Position numbers and translations under genes: made by a program
Shown here: positions 39,543 to 51,080 of the stretch, one piece after another
How the letters are laid out: each line of letters starts with the position of its first letter
How positions within the stretch are numbered: the stretch's first letter is position 1
Notes under the pieces: generated by a model
The model's input: the letters and a program-made list of their open reading frames with translations, nothing else
Database searches by the model: none
What the model was told of the DNA's origin: nothing
Assembly: GCA_030390025.1 (NCBI GenBank)
Contig: CM059425.1
Location: 161,822,001 to 161,886,000 of the forward strand
DNA length: 64,000 bases
Source of the DNA: Squalus acanthias
Taxonomy: Eukaryota
Direction: 5' to 3'

Positions 39543-40451
39543 ATTCTCTTTGCAAGCAAAGTAATGAAGGACAGCAACTAAAGTACCAGCGAAGTTAGGA
39601 TCAATAGGCAAAACTATCTCACAAAGCGTTGAGTCAATGTAGAAGTCTCTCTTTCTCTCTCTCCGAATCTCTCTCTCTCTCTCAGAACGAGTGGTGCAAA
39701 AATGTCGACCACAGAAAAAGACAGGAAGAGGCCCCCTTTAAATAGCGCCCCCCCCAGCCCCACAGCGATTGATAGCGTTCCAGTCTTCCGGTCGTTGGAT
39801 GCGCCAGGCGGTAAGGCAGGGGGCGCCACTCAATTTCCGCTCCGGGGCGCCACAAGGGCGTTGCACCATGGAATGACGTCACAATCTGCGCGCGCAGGTG
39901 GTCGCAGCGGTAAGCTTTAGCGCCGCCGCACAATCTCTAGTTAAGTTCCCGAGCGGCGCAAACATCGCTGCGCCCGGGCGTTAGCGGCTTTGCGCCCCAT
40001 TAGCGCCCTCTTAAGGCGCTAACGGGAGGCGCAACCAACTGAATTTTTACCCCAGAGTGTCCACAGCGCCTGGTCTCCACTCAAGGCCTCCATAATCAGC
40101 ACCTGTGAAGAGACGCTCAGTCACTCGACCAGGAAACACCACGACTGGTTCGACGAGAACGACCAGGAGATCCAGGAGCTGATAAGCCGCAAGCGCAAGG
40201 CATTCCTGATCTGGAAACAGCAACACAACTCAAGAGCAAGAAAGCAGCTCTACAGACGCCTGAAGGCCGAGGTCCAACAAAAAACTCGTGACCTAAAGAA
40301 CAGATGGTGGGTGGAGAAAGCGCAGGAGATCCAGTAGCTAGCCGACAACCACGACGTGCGTGGATTCTTTAGTGCAGTCAAGACCACCTACGGCCCAAAC
40401 ACCCAAGGTCCTACCCCACTGCGGGCCAAGAACGGAGAGGTACTCATCAAG

Positions 40452-40921
40452 CGGAGATGCCGGTGTTGGACTGGGGTGAATAAAAGTGAGAAGGCGCACA
40501 ACACCAGGTTATAGTCCAACAGTTTTATTTGAAATCACAAGCTTTCGGAGCTGCTGCTCCTTCGTCAGGTGAAGTGAAGGAATACGAATCGGCAAAGCAG
40601 ATATAGACAGAGAACAATGCCTGTGCAGCGTACAAGGTCAGACGACTACAGTTAATCATTCTGACTGCCTTTTATCACACCTCGGCAGAGAAACAATCAG
40701 GTGAGTCAGGAAGGCATTATATCAAAGACATAGCAAGATACAACTAAGACAATGAGGTGGGGTCACAGGGTGTCTAATGTGTCAAATGCAGTCTGTATGG
40801 AAAACCATAAACTTTAAACTTTTTACTTTTTTTTACTGGAAATCACATCTGTGCACAAGCCAACGATGACTCGAGTCTGGATGACTCTACGTCATGTAGC
40901 GTGACATGAACCCAAGATCCC
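40452..40921 (-). mobile_element. Penelope-like family B pLTR fragment nested in the RTE
   Basis: 13-bp TSD ggtactcatcaag (40439-40451 and 40922-40934); hammerhead followed by aataaa on the minus strand. Confidence 0.85.
40535..40572 (-). ncRNA. Minimal type I hammerhead ribozyme, intact
   Basis: tcac-CTGACGA-a-ggagc agca gctcc-GAA-agct-t-gtga; palindromic AAGCTT stem III. Confidence 0.85.
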
Positions 40922-41182
40922 GGTACTCATCAAGGACAGAGAGGCAGTCAGTGCCCGTTGGAAGGAGCACTTCGAAGATCTCCTTAACCAAGACTCTGTC
41001 TTCGACGCGAGTGTCCTCAACTCCATCCTGCAGCATGCTACCAGCCACCACCTCAGCACAACCCCAGCCCGGCATGAGGTTGAAAAGGCCATCCGACAAC
41101 TGAAGAACAACAAGGCCTCAGGAGCAGATGGAATCCCCGCCGAGGCACTAAAGCATGGCGGAGAAGCACTATTGGCGCGAAT

Positions 41183-41881
41183 GGTGAAAGATTGGGGAAT
41201 GCAGATGCGGAAAGGGACCTGGGTGTCCTTGTACCTGAGTTGCTGAAAGTGAATGTGCAGGTGCAGCAAGCCATTAGGAAGGCCAATGGTATGCTGGCCT
41301 TCATTACAAGAGGATTTGAGTACAGGAGTAAAGAAGTCTTACTCCAATTATATAGGGCCTTGGTGAGACCACACCTGGAGTACTGTGTACAATTTTGGTC
41401 TCCTTACCTAAGGAAGGATATACTTGCCATAGAGGGAGTGCAACGAAGGTTCATGAGATTGATTCCTGGGATGGCGGGACAGTCGTATGAGAAGAGATTG
41501 AGTAAACTAGGACTGTATTCTCTTGAATTCAGAAGAATGAGAGGGGATCTCATTGAAGCATACAAAATTATTATAGGGCTTGATAGGATGGATACTGGGA
41601 GAATGTTTCCCTTGGCTGGGGAGTCTAGAACCAGGGGCCACAGCCTCAGGGTAAAGGGTAGGCCATTCAGGACTGAGATGAGAAGAAATTTCTTCACACA
41701 GAGGGTGGTGAATCTTTGGAATTCTCTACCCCAGAGGGCTGTGGAGGCTCAGTCATTGGGTAAATTCAAAACAGAAGTCGATAGATTTCTGACTAGTAAG
41801 GGCATCAAGGGATATGGCGATAGGGCCGGTGAATGGAGTTGAGGCATGGCTTACTCCTGCTCCTATTTCTTATGTTCTTAT
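41183..41881 (+). mobile_element. CR1 3' fragment nested in the RTE
   Basis: Open ORF2 C-terminus 41192-41842; tcttatgt tail; short gaat duplication at the junctions. Confidence 0.92.
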
Positions 41882-43530
41882 GAATACATGAACTAATTTC
41901 TCTTATTTGGAAGGAGGAGAGCATGCCAGGGGATCTCAGACGCCGTAATCGTGACCATCCTCAAGAAAGGTAACAAGTCCGATTGCGGTAATTACAGAGG
42001 AGTTTCCCTGCTGTCTGCCACAGGGAAAGTCATCGCAAGAATCCTCCTCAATCGCCTTCTCCCAGTGGCTGAAAAGCTCCTCCCAGAGTCGCAATGCGGA
42101 TTCTGCCCACTAAGGGGCACAATGGACATGATCTTCACCACGCGTCAAATACAAGAGAAATGCAGGGAACAGCACCAACCGCTGTACATGGCCTTCTTTG
42201 ACCTCACAAAGGCCTTCGACGCTGTCAACCATGAGGGATTATGGAGTGTCCTCCTCAAATTCGGCTGCCCTCAAAAGTTTGTCACCATCCTCCGCCTGCT
42301 TCACGACTACATGCAAGCCGTGATCCTGACCAGCGGATCCACCACAGACCCAATTCACGTACGGACTGGGGTCAGGCAAGGCCGTGTCATCACACCGACA
42401 CTCTTCTCGATCTTCCTTGCTGCAATGCTCCATCTCACCCTCAGTAAGCTCCCCGCTGGAGTGGAGCTAATTTACAGAACAAACGGGAAACTTCCGTCGC
42501 CTCCAGTCCAGATCCAAGGTTGTCCATCCTCTGTCATCGAATTGCAGTATGCAGACGACGCTTGCGTCTGTGCACACTCGGAGGTCGAACTGCAAACCAT
42601 CGTCAACACCTTCACCGAAGTGCATGAGAGCATAGGCCTTACACTAAACATCCGTAAGACAAAGGTCCTCTACCAACCTGCCCCCGCCACACAGTACTGC
42701 CCCCCGATTATCAAAATCCACGACGAGGCCTTGGACAACGTGGACCACTTTTCATACCTTGGGAGCCTACTGTCAACAAGGGCAGATGTCGATGACGAAG
42801 TTCAAAACCGCCTTCAGTGTGCCAGTGCAGCCTTCGGTCGCCTGAGGAAAAGAGTGTTTGAAGACCAGGACCTCAAACCCGGCACCAAGCTCATGGTCTA
42901 CAGAGCAGTACTGATTCCCGCCCTCCTGTATGCTTCAGAGACATGGACCATGTACAGCAGGCACCTCAAAGCACCACCAACACTGCCTCTGCAAGATTCT
43001 GCAAATCCATTGGCAGGATAGGCGCACCAACTTCAGTGTTCTCGCACAGGCCAACATCCCCAGCATCGAAGCTTTGACCACGCTCGATCAGCTCCGATGG
43101 AAGGGCCACAACGTCCGCATGCCCGATATGAGACTCCCAAAACAAGCGCTCTACTTGGAGCTCCGACACGGCAAGAGAGCCCCAGGTGGGCAGAGGAAAC
43201 GCTTCAAGGACACCCTCAAAGCCTCCTTGATAAAGTGCAACATCCCCGCCGACACCTGGGAATCCCTGGCCCAAGACCGCTCAAAGTGGAGGAGAAGCAT
43301 CCGGGAAGGCGCCGAACACCTCGAGTCTCTTCGCCAGGAGCAAGCGGAAGCCAAGTGCAAGGAGCGCACGTCAACCCAAGCACCCCACCCACCCGCCCCT
43401 TCAACCACCGTCTGCCCCACCTGTGACAGAGATTGTAGGTCCTGCATTGGACTCATCAGTCACCTGAGAACTCATTTTAGTGTGGAAGCAAGTCATCCTT
43501 GGTTCCGAGGGACTGCCTAAGAAGAGAAGA

Positions 43531-45575
43531 TGGTGAAATGGATAACAAAAGTAAAATAAGAAAATCTACCATATTAAGTAAATATTTTCCATTAATTTTT
43601 ACAAATGATGGTGGAAATGAGAACATAATTGTACTAGAGGACAGTATGGAACAATTGTTAGATATAACTGCAATATGATTTAGTTATAAAAATATTAGCA
43701 GAGCTCAAGATGCATAGTTCACCAGGTCCTGACAGGATGCATTCTGGACTGTTGAAAGTTCAGAGAGGAGATAGCAAAGGCTCTGATCACAATTTTTCAA
43801 TCTTCTCATGACATACAAAATGTGCCAGAAGGTAGCCAATGTGTTCAAGAAGGGAGAGCAGGACAAGCTAGATAACTATAGACGAATTAGTCTAACTTCA
43901 TTTGTGGACAAACTCAAAGGCCACAATTTCGCCTACCGAGACAGGCTAAGTGCGGCCAAGGTAGATGGCGGACGGCGACCCTGCTCCCGGTTCCATCGCG
44001 CTCTGTTGAAGTGGTTTTGCCCTGATTGGGCTTGTTAAGCCCGCCTTGCAAGGTTCCCGGCCAATTAAAAGGAAGCGGGCCTGATGACGTCATTTGATGA
44101 CGCGTCATCAGCTGGTTTCCTTAAAGGGACCATGTGCACATTTATTTTGACAGTTGAGCTGTCAGTGTTCTACAGCACTGAGCTGCTGCATACACTGACC
44201 AGCACTGCACAAAGGTGCACGGCTGCACCCAGGCTCTCCCATGACTCCCTCCATATGCTTATGGAGGGAGTCATAGCACGCAGGGAGGTCCTCTTCCCTT
44301 CCAATGGGTGGAAGAGACCTCCCCAGGAGACCAACACAGCCTGGTTGCACACTGCACAGGAGGGCACAAGCAGGGATGTTGGCAGGAGGACCAGGCTGCA
44401 GTGGCGCAAACCTTTCAATGATCTCAGTAGATCATGAAACGTTACTGCAAAGCTACACTCAACCTCATCCTGCTGTGCCACTCATCACATCCCATCACTC
44501 TGCCTTCCCTACCCTACTCCTGCACATCCTTACTCACACCAACTTACCTTGCACCTCCACCCATCCCTCTCTATCTACATTATCACTTCCCCATCTCACT
44601 AGCCACCCCTCACACACACCCTCATCCTTGTCAAATCATACCAACTAACAACACACAAGGGTAGGCACTTGGATCTTTCATGTAGAGTTTCTGCTAATGT
44701 GTTGTCAAACATTGAAATCTTTATTTTGAACACTTTGCATTCTTGGACAGATCTGCGTGCACCTTTGGAAGTGGCTTAGTGAGTTGTAGTGAATGGTGAG
44801 ACATAAGGGCACCCCCCGCAATGGTGATGAGTGTGAAAGGAATGGCTTGGGCATTGTAGGGATGTTTTATGGTGCTGGTGTGGGATGGTGCCAACCTGGC
44901 GCCCGGAGATCGTGACGTCATCCGGCTGCGCATCGCCCCGGTAGCACCCTGGACCCGAAATTCATTTCAGCCTCCTGCAGCATCACCGGGCGAGAATACC
45001 GACAGTTGCAGGAGGCGTTGATCGGGAGGCCGGGCGCTTTGGGGGCGATAATTAAAGGCGAGGTGGCCGTGGTCGGTGAAAAAAAATCTGAAACGCTCTT
45101 TCCGTTTTTTTTCTTTCTTCGCCAGCCATCAATCAGCCCGGCACTCTGCTGCAGTGCAGTGGGTTGATTGGGCCGGATCACGGCTGCCGTTGGGGACGAG
45201 GTAAGTTTCCCTCTTGCAGAGTCTGCAGCGATGGCCCTTCCCTTTAAGGGAGGGAAGGAGCCTTCTAATGTGGCAGTGCTGCACAGCCCATTGTGCGGCG
45301 CTGCACAACTTCTGCCCCGCCTGCTGCTTGCTGCGCTCCAGGAATGAAGTGTAGCACTTGATTTAGCGCTCCACTTTCTTCCTGGAGTGCAAAACCGAAT
45401 TTTTTTAAAGTTGAGAAACATTAGCACCTGGCACTAATTTTCTCAACTTTTAAAAGTTAGCACCCCAAACGGGGCTATAATAAATTTCTCCCCCAAGGTA
45501 AGTAAGTGTTGCTCAGATTGTAGAAAAGTTCAAAATGGGAGTGCCCCAGGAGTTGGTGCTAAGTTCACTGATGTT
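43531..45575 (+). mobile_element. Old CR1 ORF2 fragment (43531-43918 and 45495-45575) split by a Harbinger composite
   Basis: SPGPD.MH and FKKGEQDKLDNYRRISLTS; GVPQELVL resumes after 45530. Confidence 0.65.
43919..45494 (+). mobile_element. Chimeric Harbinger derivative: left end with Myb remnant fused near 44900 to an inverted MITE half related to 53748-54453
   Basis: AAPRLSHDSL..EVLFPSNG..W..QWRKPFNDLSRS; right part ends aaatttctccccc. Confidence 0.7.
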
Positions 45576-47793
45576 GCTGCGCTTGCCCCCTTCTGTTGTG
45601 CATCTTTGAAAGAGGTAGGAAGGGAAGGACAAAAGCCCTTCCAGAAATCCCGCCAGTTCCACCTTTCCAGCGTACCAATGCTGGGGCCCTGTATTTTTGG
45701 ATGCTGAGGCCTATTACATGCAGATGTGCACAGTGCCCCAAAATTTAGCAGTCAACTGCTTTTGGCACTCTATGGCTGCAATCTACAAGGCTCATTAAGG
45801 GCCCAACGTATTTAAATTAGGGGTTCTCCCCATAACACTGCTGGAACTCCTGAGTAGTGGGTGCTTCAGGGAGGCCTGAAATAAAAAATGACACTTTTCT
45901 GCCAGGGTGGCCTTCTCTTTCTAATAGGACCAGCATTCCTTGTTGCACCTCTCTTTACGTCGCCTCTAAAGGCTAATACTTGGAATTAGTTGTTGTGCCC
46001 CAAACTATTTTGCTGGAAAATAGTGATGCAAGTTTAAGAGCAGGCGGCAGTCCTTTAGTAAATGATTGCGCCCAATAATACACTCCTGACCTCCATGGTG
46101 CTGTCAGCATGTTTTGTGCTAAACCATGAAAATATTTAAATAGGCGTTGCAGGGTACAGACATATCAACACCTGAGGGGCAATTATCCTGGCATCACTGC
46201 ACAGGGATCCCATTACCAACCCCAAAAACTCAAGAAAAGTCACAGATATAGAGTCACAGTGTATAAAGGAAACAGCACATTCAGGGCTGCTGTTCTGAGG
46301 CTAGTGTTGAAGTACAATACTGATTCAGTGCAGATGTGATTCTAATACCACTAATCCATGAAATAGCTGACCTATACGTCCTTGATCCTACAAATAAATA
46401 CATTAAGGAAAAATGTTCCAATTTCCATCACTGTCATCTTTCACCTTGGAGTGCAAAATTTGCACATAAATGTTCCAAGAGGTGAGAGATGTAAAGAAAT
46501 GAAAAAATCATACATTTGGATGAAAAGTTATGTATGACAATCTCAGTTGATTAGGTTTCCCTAACGCTGATTACCTTACGGAGAAAATGTTCAGAGAAAG
46601 GGTACTCAATATATTTGAAGTTCCTAATTAAAAGAAGCCTTAATTTTAAATGTAAGGGTTTTATGATCATACATCATTATTTAATCGTCCTGTCTGCCAG
46701 TGCTTCTTGGAAAACTAAAATAAAACATTAAACAGGATGTAGAGACATGAAGATGTGCTCAAAGTGATTCATCTTCTTACCACACAGACCCACTATACAC
46801 CCAGCTACTGTCACTGGGGACAATTTTCACGAGGGAAAATCAACGTTAACAGGATACCAAGGACGTCAAAATTAGGTCAGTACCTTTAAGGCCTGGCTTA
46901 CACTGACGCTATGGCCACCACCATTTTGAAAGGAGCCTATCCCTGGCAGGCTGCAGCACCTGCCTGTAATAGGCAGTAGGCCTCTTTCATAAGCAAATCG
47001 CGCTCCCAATGATATAGTTAGGACCAGTAATGCAATTTTAAGGTACACATGGGTGGAGCTTGTGACACGCACGCATGCCATGTGTATTGGCATTCCAATT
47101 AGGAAACAGCCAGAAAAATTAAAAATGTAATTTTTTTGTGGAGCTAGGAGCAGGGATACTTCTTCTGGATCCACAAAATTCCTGCCGGCCGGTGCTGGCG
47201 TCCCAGCTAGCCGAAATTCCTGAGGCGAGAGAGAGAGATGGGCTGCAGACATCAAATTCAAAATTGAGGTCATCTGTTTGCCACCAGAAAGGTTGGCCAA
47301 AAGTCAAAACCAACCCCACTGTCTCAGGCTTCAAAATGTGGCTGGTCTGGCACAAGAATACATGGTTTTGTTCTCATGATGTAGTTTTCTTTTTATAGAA
47401 ACAAAACATACCCATTTCTTCTTTGTTGCATTAACTGTATATAGGTAAGGGCCAAAATCATTCATTTACCCATTTCTGAACTGAAGAAAAGCAGGTTTAA
47501 GAGATGTCAGTACTGCAGCACAGGCTAACTTTGCAAGTTTCTAAAATCATTTTAACCAATAAACGACCTGGGTGTTTGACTAACTCATCCTCAGTATAAA
47601 AGTGGGCATTCTGATTTGATCTATTCCTGACTAGGTTGCTTTCATTATATCAAACCATTTCTATTAACAGATAGCAGGCACTTATCATTGAGATGAAAAA
47701 TTTGTTATGGTTAATTTACAAATTCATATTTGAATCCCCAAACTCAATAAAGTTCAACTTCTAGCTCTTTCCATATGATTTAGTGATGTTTGT

Positions 47794-47892
47794 GGGGGTC
47801 ATTTATGTCTTCACCGCTTGGCTGGTAAACCAGTGCGACAGATCACCCGCTGTTATAATACAGCTCAAGTGGTGAAGACGAAAACTACCCCC
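47794..47892. mobile_element. 99-bp hairpin mini-MITE, Harbinger-type
   Basis: gggggtcattt / aaaactaccccc ends, TSD tgt, inner stem gtcttcaccgcttg / caagtggtgaagac. Confidence 0.75.
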
Positions 47893-48758
47893 TGTCTATA
47901 AGCTTCATTAAAGATGTAAGCAATACCTTTCATCCCAAAACAAAGGAGCCCTGTAGAGAAGGTGCATGAATACAACAATTGATGGAGCTCATAGCACTGT
48001 TGTTCCAGTTTATTGTGGAAATAGTTCTGGAATGCAGATGCCAACATCATACCCGTAGAATGTTTTTCCACAGCTGACAAGCCACACAAGTGTTACAAAA
48101 ATAAATACAAAGGCTTCAAAAGAGCTAGTCGACAACCATTGCTGGTTTAACAAGTACACTTCCCAGAAATATTTGACAGTGTAAGGACAACTAATTTTTA
48201 AGTAGTATAATTGTCATTTTTTATGTTTCAGTATATTTTCTCAATTTTATTTAAAGTGGAATCATAGAATCTTCCAGCACAGAAGGAGGCCATTCCTCCT
48301 GTCATGCCTGTGCTGGCTTTTTGAAAGAGCTGTCCAATTTAGTCCCACACCCCAGCTTTTTCCCCCATAACCCTGCAAATAAGTCCTATTCAAGTACATG
48401 TCAAATTGGCTTTTGAAAGTACACATGGAAACTGATTCCACCACCCTTTCAGGTAGCACTTTCAAGATCTTAGCAACCCTCTATGTGAAAACATTTCTCC
48501 TCATTTCCCCTCTAGTTCTTTTGGCAATTATTTTAAATCTATGACCTCTGGTTACCGACCCACTTGCATGCGCCGAAATTTAAAGGGACCACACAGTAAA
48601 TGAAACAGGCCGTGCAGAACAAAATGCAGTTTACAGAGAACAATCCCAGCTTCTCCAACACAATAGCAAAATACTGCGGATGCTGGAAATCCGAAATAAC
48701 AACAGAAAACGCTGGAAAAACTCAGCAGGCCAGGCAGCATCCGTGGAGAGAGAAACAG

Positions 48759-48795
48759 AGTTAACGTTTCAGGTCGAAGACCTTTCGTCAGAACT
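48759..48795 (-). ncRNA. Minimal type I hammerhead ribozyme, intact
   Basis: agtt-CTGACGA-a-aggtc ttc gacct-GAA-acgt-t-aact. Confidence 0.85.
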
Positions 48796-48812
48796 GGAAA
48801 AAACTTTTTTCC

Positions 48813-48849
48813 AGTTCTGACGAAAGGTATTCGACCTGAAACGTTCACT
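48813..48849 (+). ncRNA. Hammerhead ribozyme, inverted copy with 2 substitutions
   Basis: agtt-CTGACGA-a-aggta ttc gacct-GAA-acgt-t-cact. Confidence 0.7.
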
Positions 48850-49423
48850 CTGTTTCTCTCTCCACGGATGCTGCCTGGCCTGCTGAGTTTTTCCAGCGTT
48901 TTCTGTTTTCCCAGCTTCTCCAATCTCTTCACAAGTCCCTCATCCCTGGTCTCAAGCTGGTAAACCTCCTCTGTACCCTCTCCAAGGCCTTGACATCCTT
49001 CCTAAAGCATGGTGCCCAGAGTTGTACACAGTACACCAGCTGAGGCCTAACTAGAGATTTGTAAAGGTTTAACATGACTTCCTTGTTTTTGTATTCAATA
49101 TCCCTATTTACAAAGCCAAGTATCCCATACTCTTTCTTAACCTATCAACTCGCCCTGCTCTCTGTTGCAATTATTTTCAGCTATTAGAAGCCTTGTAACC
49201 CTATATCAAACGACACTGTTTTTTGTTTGCTTTTTGTTTCAGATCAGTAGTCATAAGCTGTAAAATGCTTCACAGTTTTTCCAGGCTTTTACCATCTCAA
49301 CAAAGGCTTAAAATCCACTGCTGGGACTGTTAACAATTTAATTCCCTATCTGATTTCTAGAGATGTATATAATCAAAAATGTTGCAAAGTCTGTGAAATT
49401 TTAGTGTGATGCCCAGAGAACTT

Positions 49424-49608
49424 GGGGGTAATATTAACTTTTGGCGATAGTGTAAAATGGGCGATATCTGATTGGCCGTCCATTATACATCCTTCCCAAT
49501 TTTGCTTTCTATTGACTTCACGGAAAGCAAAATCGGACAGGGTGTATAACGGGCAGCCAATCCGTTATTGCATGTTTTACACTATTGCCAAAAGTTAAAA
49601 TTACCCTC
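49424..49608. mobile_element. Palindromic Harbinger-type MITE
   Basis: gggtaatattaacttttggcgatagtgtaaaa / ttttacactattgccaaaagttaaaattaccc; central attgacttca. Confidence 0.8.
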
Positions 49609-49682
49609 CTGGTGTGGAGAACTAATAGCTGGAGAATACCTGACTCATTAGTAAACAGCTAAAATTATGCAGAGTATGTAAT

Positions 49683-50200
49683 GGCCCGGAATTTGCGGTC
49701 GTGGCAGTGCTTGCCGTCCTTTCGCATTTGAAACTGACTGCAACTTCAGGATTTAGCGCATGCGCAGCCTAATGCAGAAGTTGCGGTCTGTCATTCAGTG
49801 CTCCTCCATAGGCTGTGCTGTGTCCCCCCCAACAGAGTCGGCAAGCAGTGTAATCTGTCAAAGCATGGAAACTGACGAAATCTTCGGCTTTTCCGCGGTA
49901 ATTACGCTGTTAAATACCCCATTAAAAGTTAGACCCAAAGGGTTTCGGTGTAACTGGGGTTTTAACAGCGTATTGACTGCTAAACAAAGGTTATGGCCCT
50001 GAAAATCTAATTTTAATTTTGTGCAGTGTCAAATTTATCTATTTTAATAAGAATTGAAATTTTTAAGAAAGTTTGACCATCTTTATTTCAGGTTTACCTT
50101 TTCCCCATGTGAGAGCCCCAATCTTTGTTTTGCTCTCTCGAACATTTTTAAAAAGTTAGAATTTTAGGAGCTTATCCACTTCCTGGTTTGCTATCTATGA
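49683..50200. mobile_element. Harbinger-type MITE half
   Basis: TIR-like ggcccggaatttgc start, gcgcatgcgc motifs, then an AT-rich core as in the 9214 family. Confidence 0.5.
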
Positions 50201-50292
50201 GAATTTTGTGAGAGCAGTACCCTTCAGATTTATAGTGGTGATTACAAAGTTCTAAAATAGTGAGTATTGGCAGCCTCCTGAGTTTCATCATA

Positions 50293-50647
50293 CAGGAAAC
50301 TCTCGTTTAAACGGCACCTAAATATCCGGAACTCTCTAATAACCAGCAGAATTCATACTCCGAAAACTACAGTATACAGTCGTTTATAAGTTTTGTTTTA
50401 CTGTTAAGTAATTAAAGAGTTATGGATTACCCTCAACTGGCATTACTGTATTTAATCAAGCATCTTCCACCATCCATTTAACACAACATTCTGTAGGGGA
50501 GTACCCAATTATACTGCACATTTCTTGATTTTTTTATTTTTGTTTGTTAAAAATAGCCTTGTTAGATATACCTCTCCGTTATCCGGAATTTTTAATCAAC
50601 CGGCACCATCCCGGTCCCGTCGGTGCCGGATACCAAAGAGTTTCCTG
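50293..50647. mobile_element. Tc1/mariner (Tigger/pogo-like) MITE
   Basis: TIR caggaaactct...ggcacc, TA TSD. Confidence 0.85.
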
Positions 50648-50689
50648 TACATACACTAAAACTGATCTGAAACTCTGACATACAGCTTA

Positions 50690-51080
50690 TCTCACATTAA
50701 GTCCTGCTCCCATATTACTCTGTCCTTGTGAACTTCCAGACCACTCCATCCCCCAACATACTGAAATCAAAATCTTCTTCCTTGTTTATAATTCCCTCCA
50801 TGGCCTCATCCCCACACTACCTCTGCAACCACCACCAGTCCTGATGCCACTCTTCCAACTCTCGCTCCCTTTGCAATTCCTGCTCTCTTCAATTGTCTTG
50901 ATCCCATACTCTGAAAGTTTCTCCCTAAGCCCCTTTGCCTTACCACCTCTCTCCCAACCTTTGAAACATCCTGAAAATCTACCTCTTTGATCATGCTATT
51001 GGTCATCTTCTCTAATTCTCCTCCTACTGCTTCTGTCCATTATTTCCCCCTGCAAAGCGCCTTAGGACGTTTACTGTGTT
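50690..51080 (+). mobile_element. Old L2 3' fragment
   Basis: Similar to the reverse complement of 11960-12340; ends aagcgccttaggacgttt. Confidence 0.65.

Larger units (their letters stand above)
36286..40053 (+). mobile_element. PIF/Harbinger transposon, 3768 bp, with two convergent genes, nested in the RTE
   Basis: TIR gggggaaaaatt / aatttttacccc, TSD aga on both sides; the RTE frame ETQ|SVH is restored on removal. Confidence 0.95.
33013..43530 (+). mobile_element. Apparently full-length RTE-clade (BovB-like) LINE of about 3.4 kb in five pieces: 33013-33560, 35744-36285, 40054-40451, 40922-41182, 41882-43530
   Basis: ATG at 33170 MKFGTWN..LSET..SAYAPT; LGDFKARVG, WTDH; FFDLTKAFD, QYADD; C-terminal CPTC..HLRTH; gaa-rich tail. 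The reading frame continues across each insertion. Confidence 0.93.
48659..48909 (-). mobile_element. Short Penelope family A insertion with inverted duplication (arms of about 105 bp)
   Basis: 14-bp TSD cccagcttctccaa (48645-48658 and 48910-48923); arms meet near 48804. Confidence 0.9.
48263..49160 (-). mobile_element. CR1 3' fragment interrupted by a Penelope fold-back insertion
   Basis: CR1 3' UTR and tail at 48263; RLEKLGL motif duplicated at the insertion site. Confidence 0.8.

Noticed and set aside
38766..39611. Host HARBI1 gene
   Set aside because: Lies inside TIRs with a TSD, nested in a LINE, and lacks catalytic regions; it is a transposon copy
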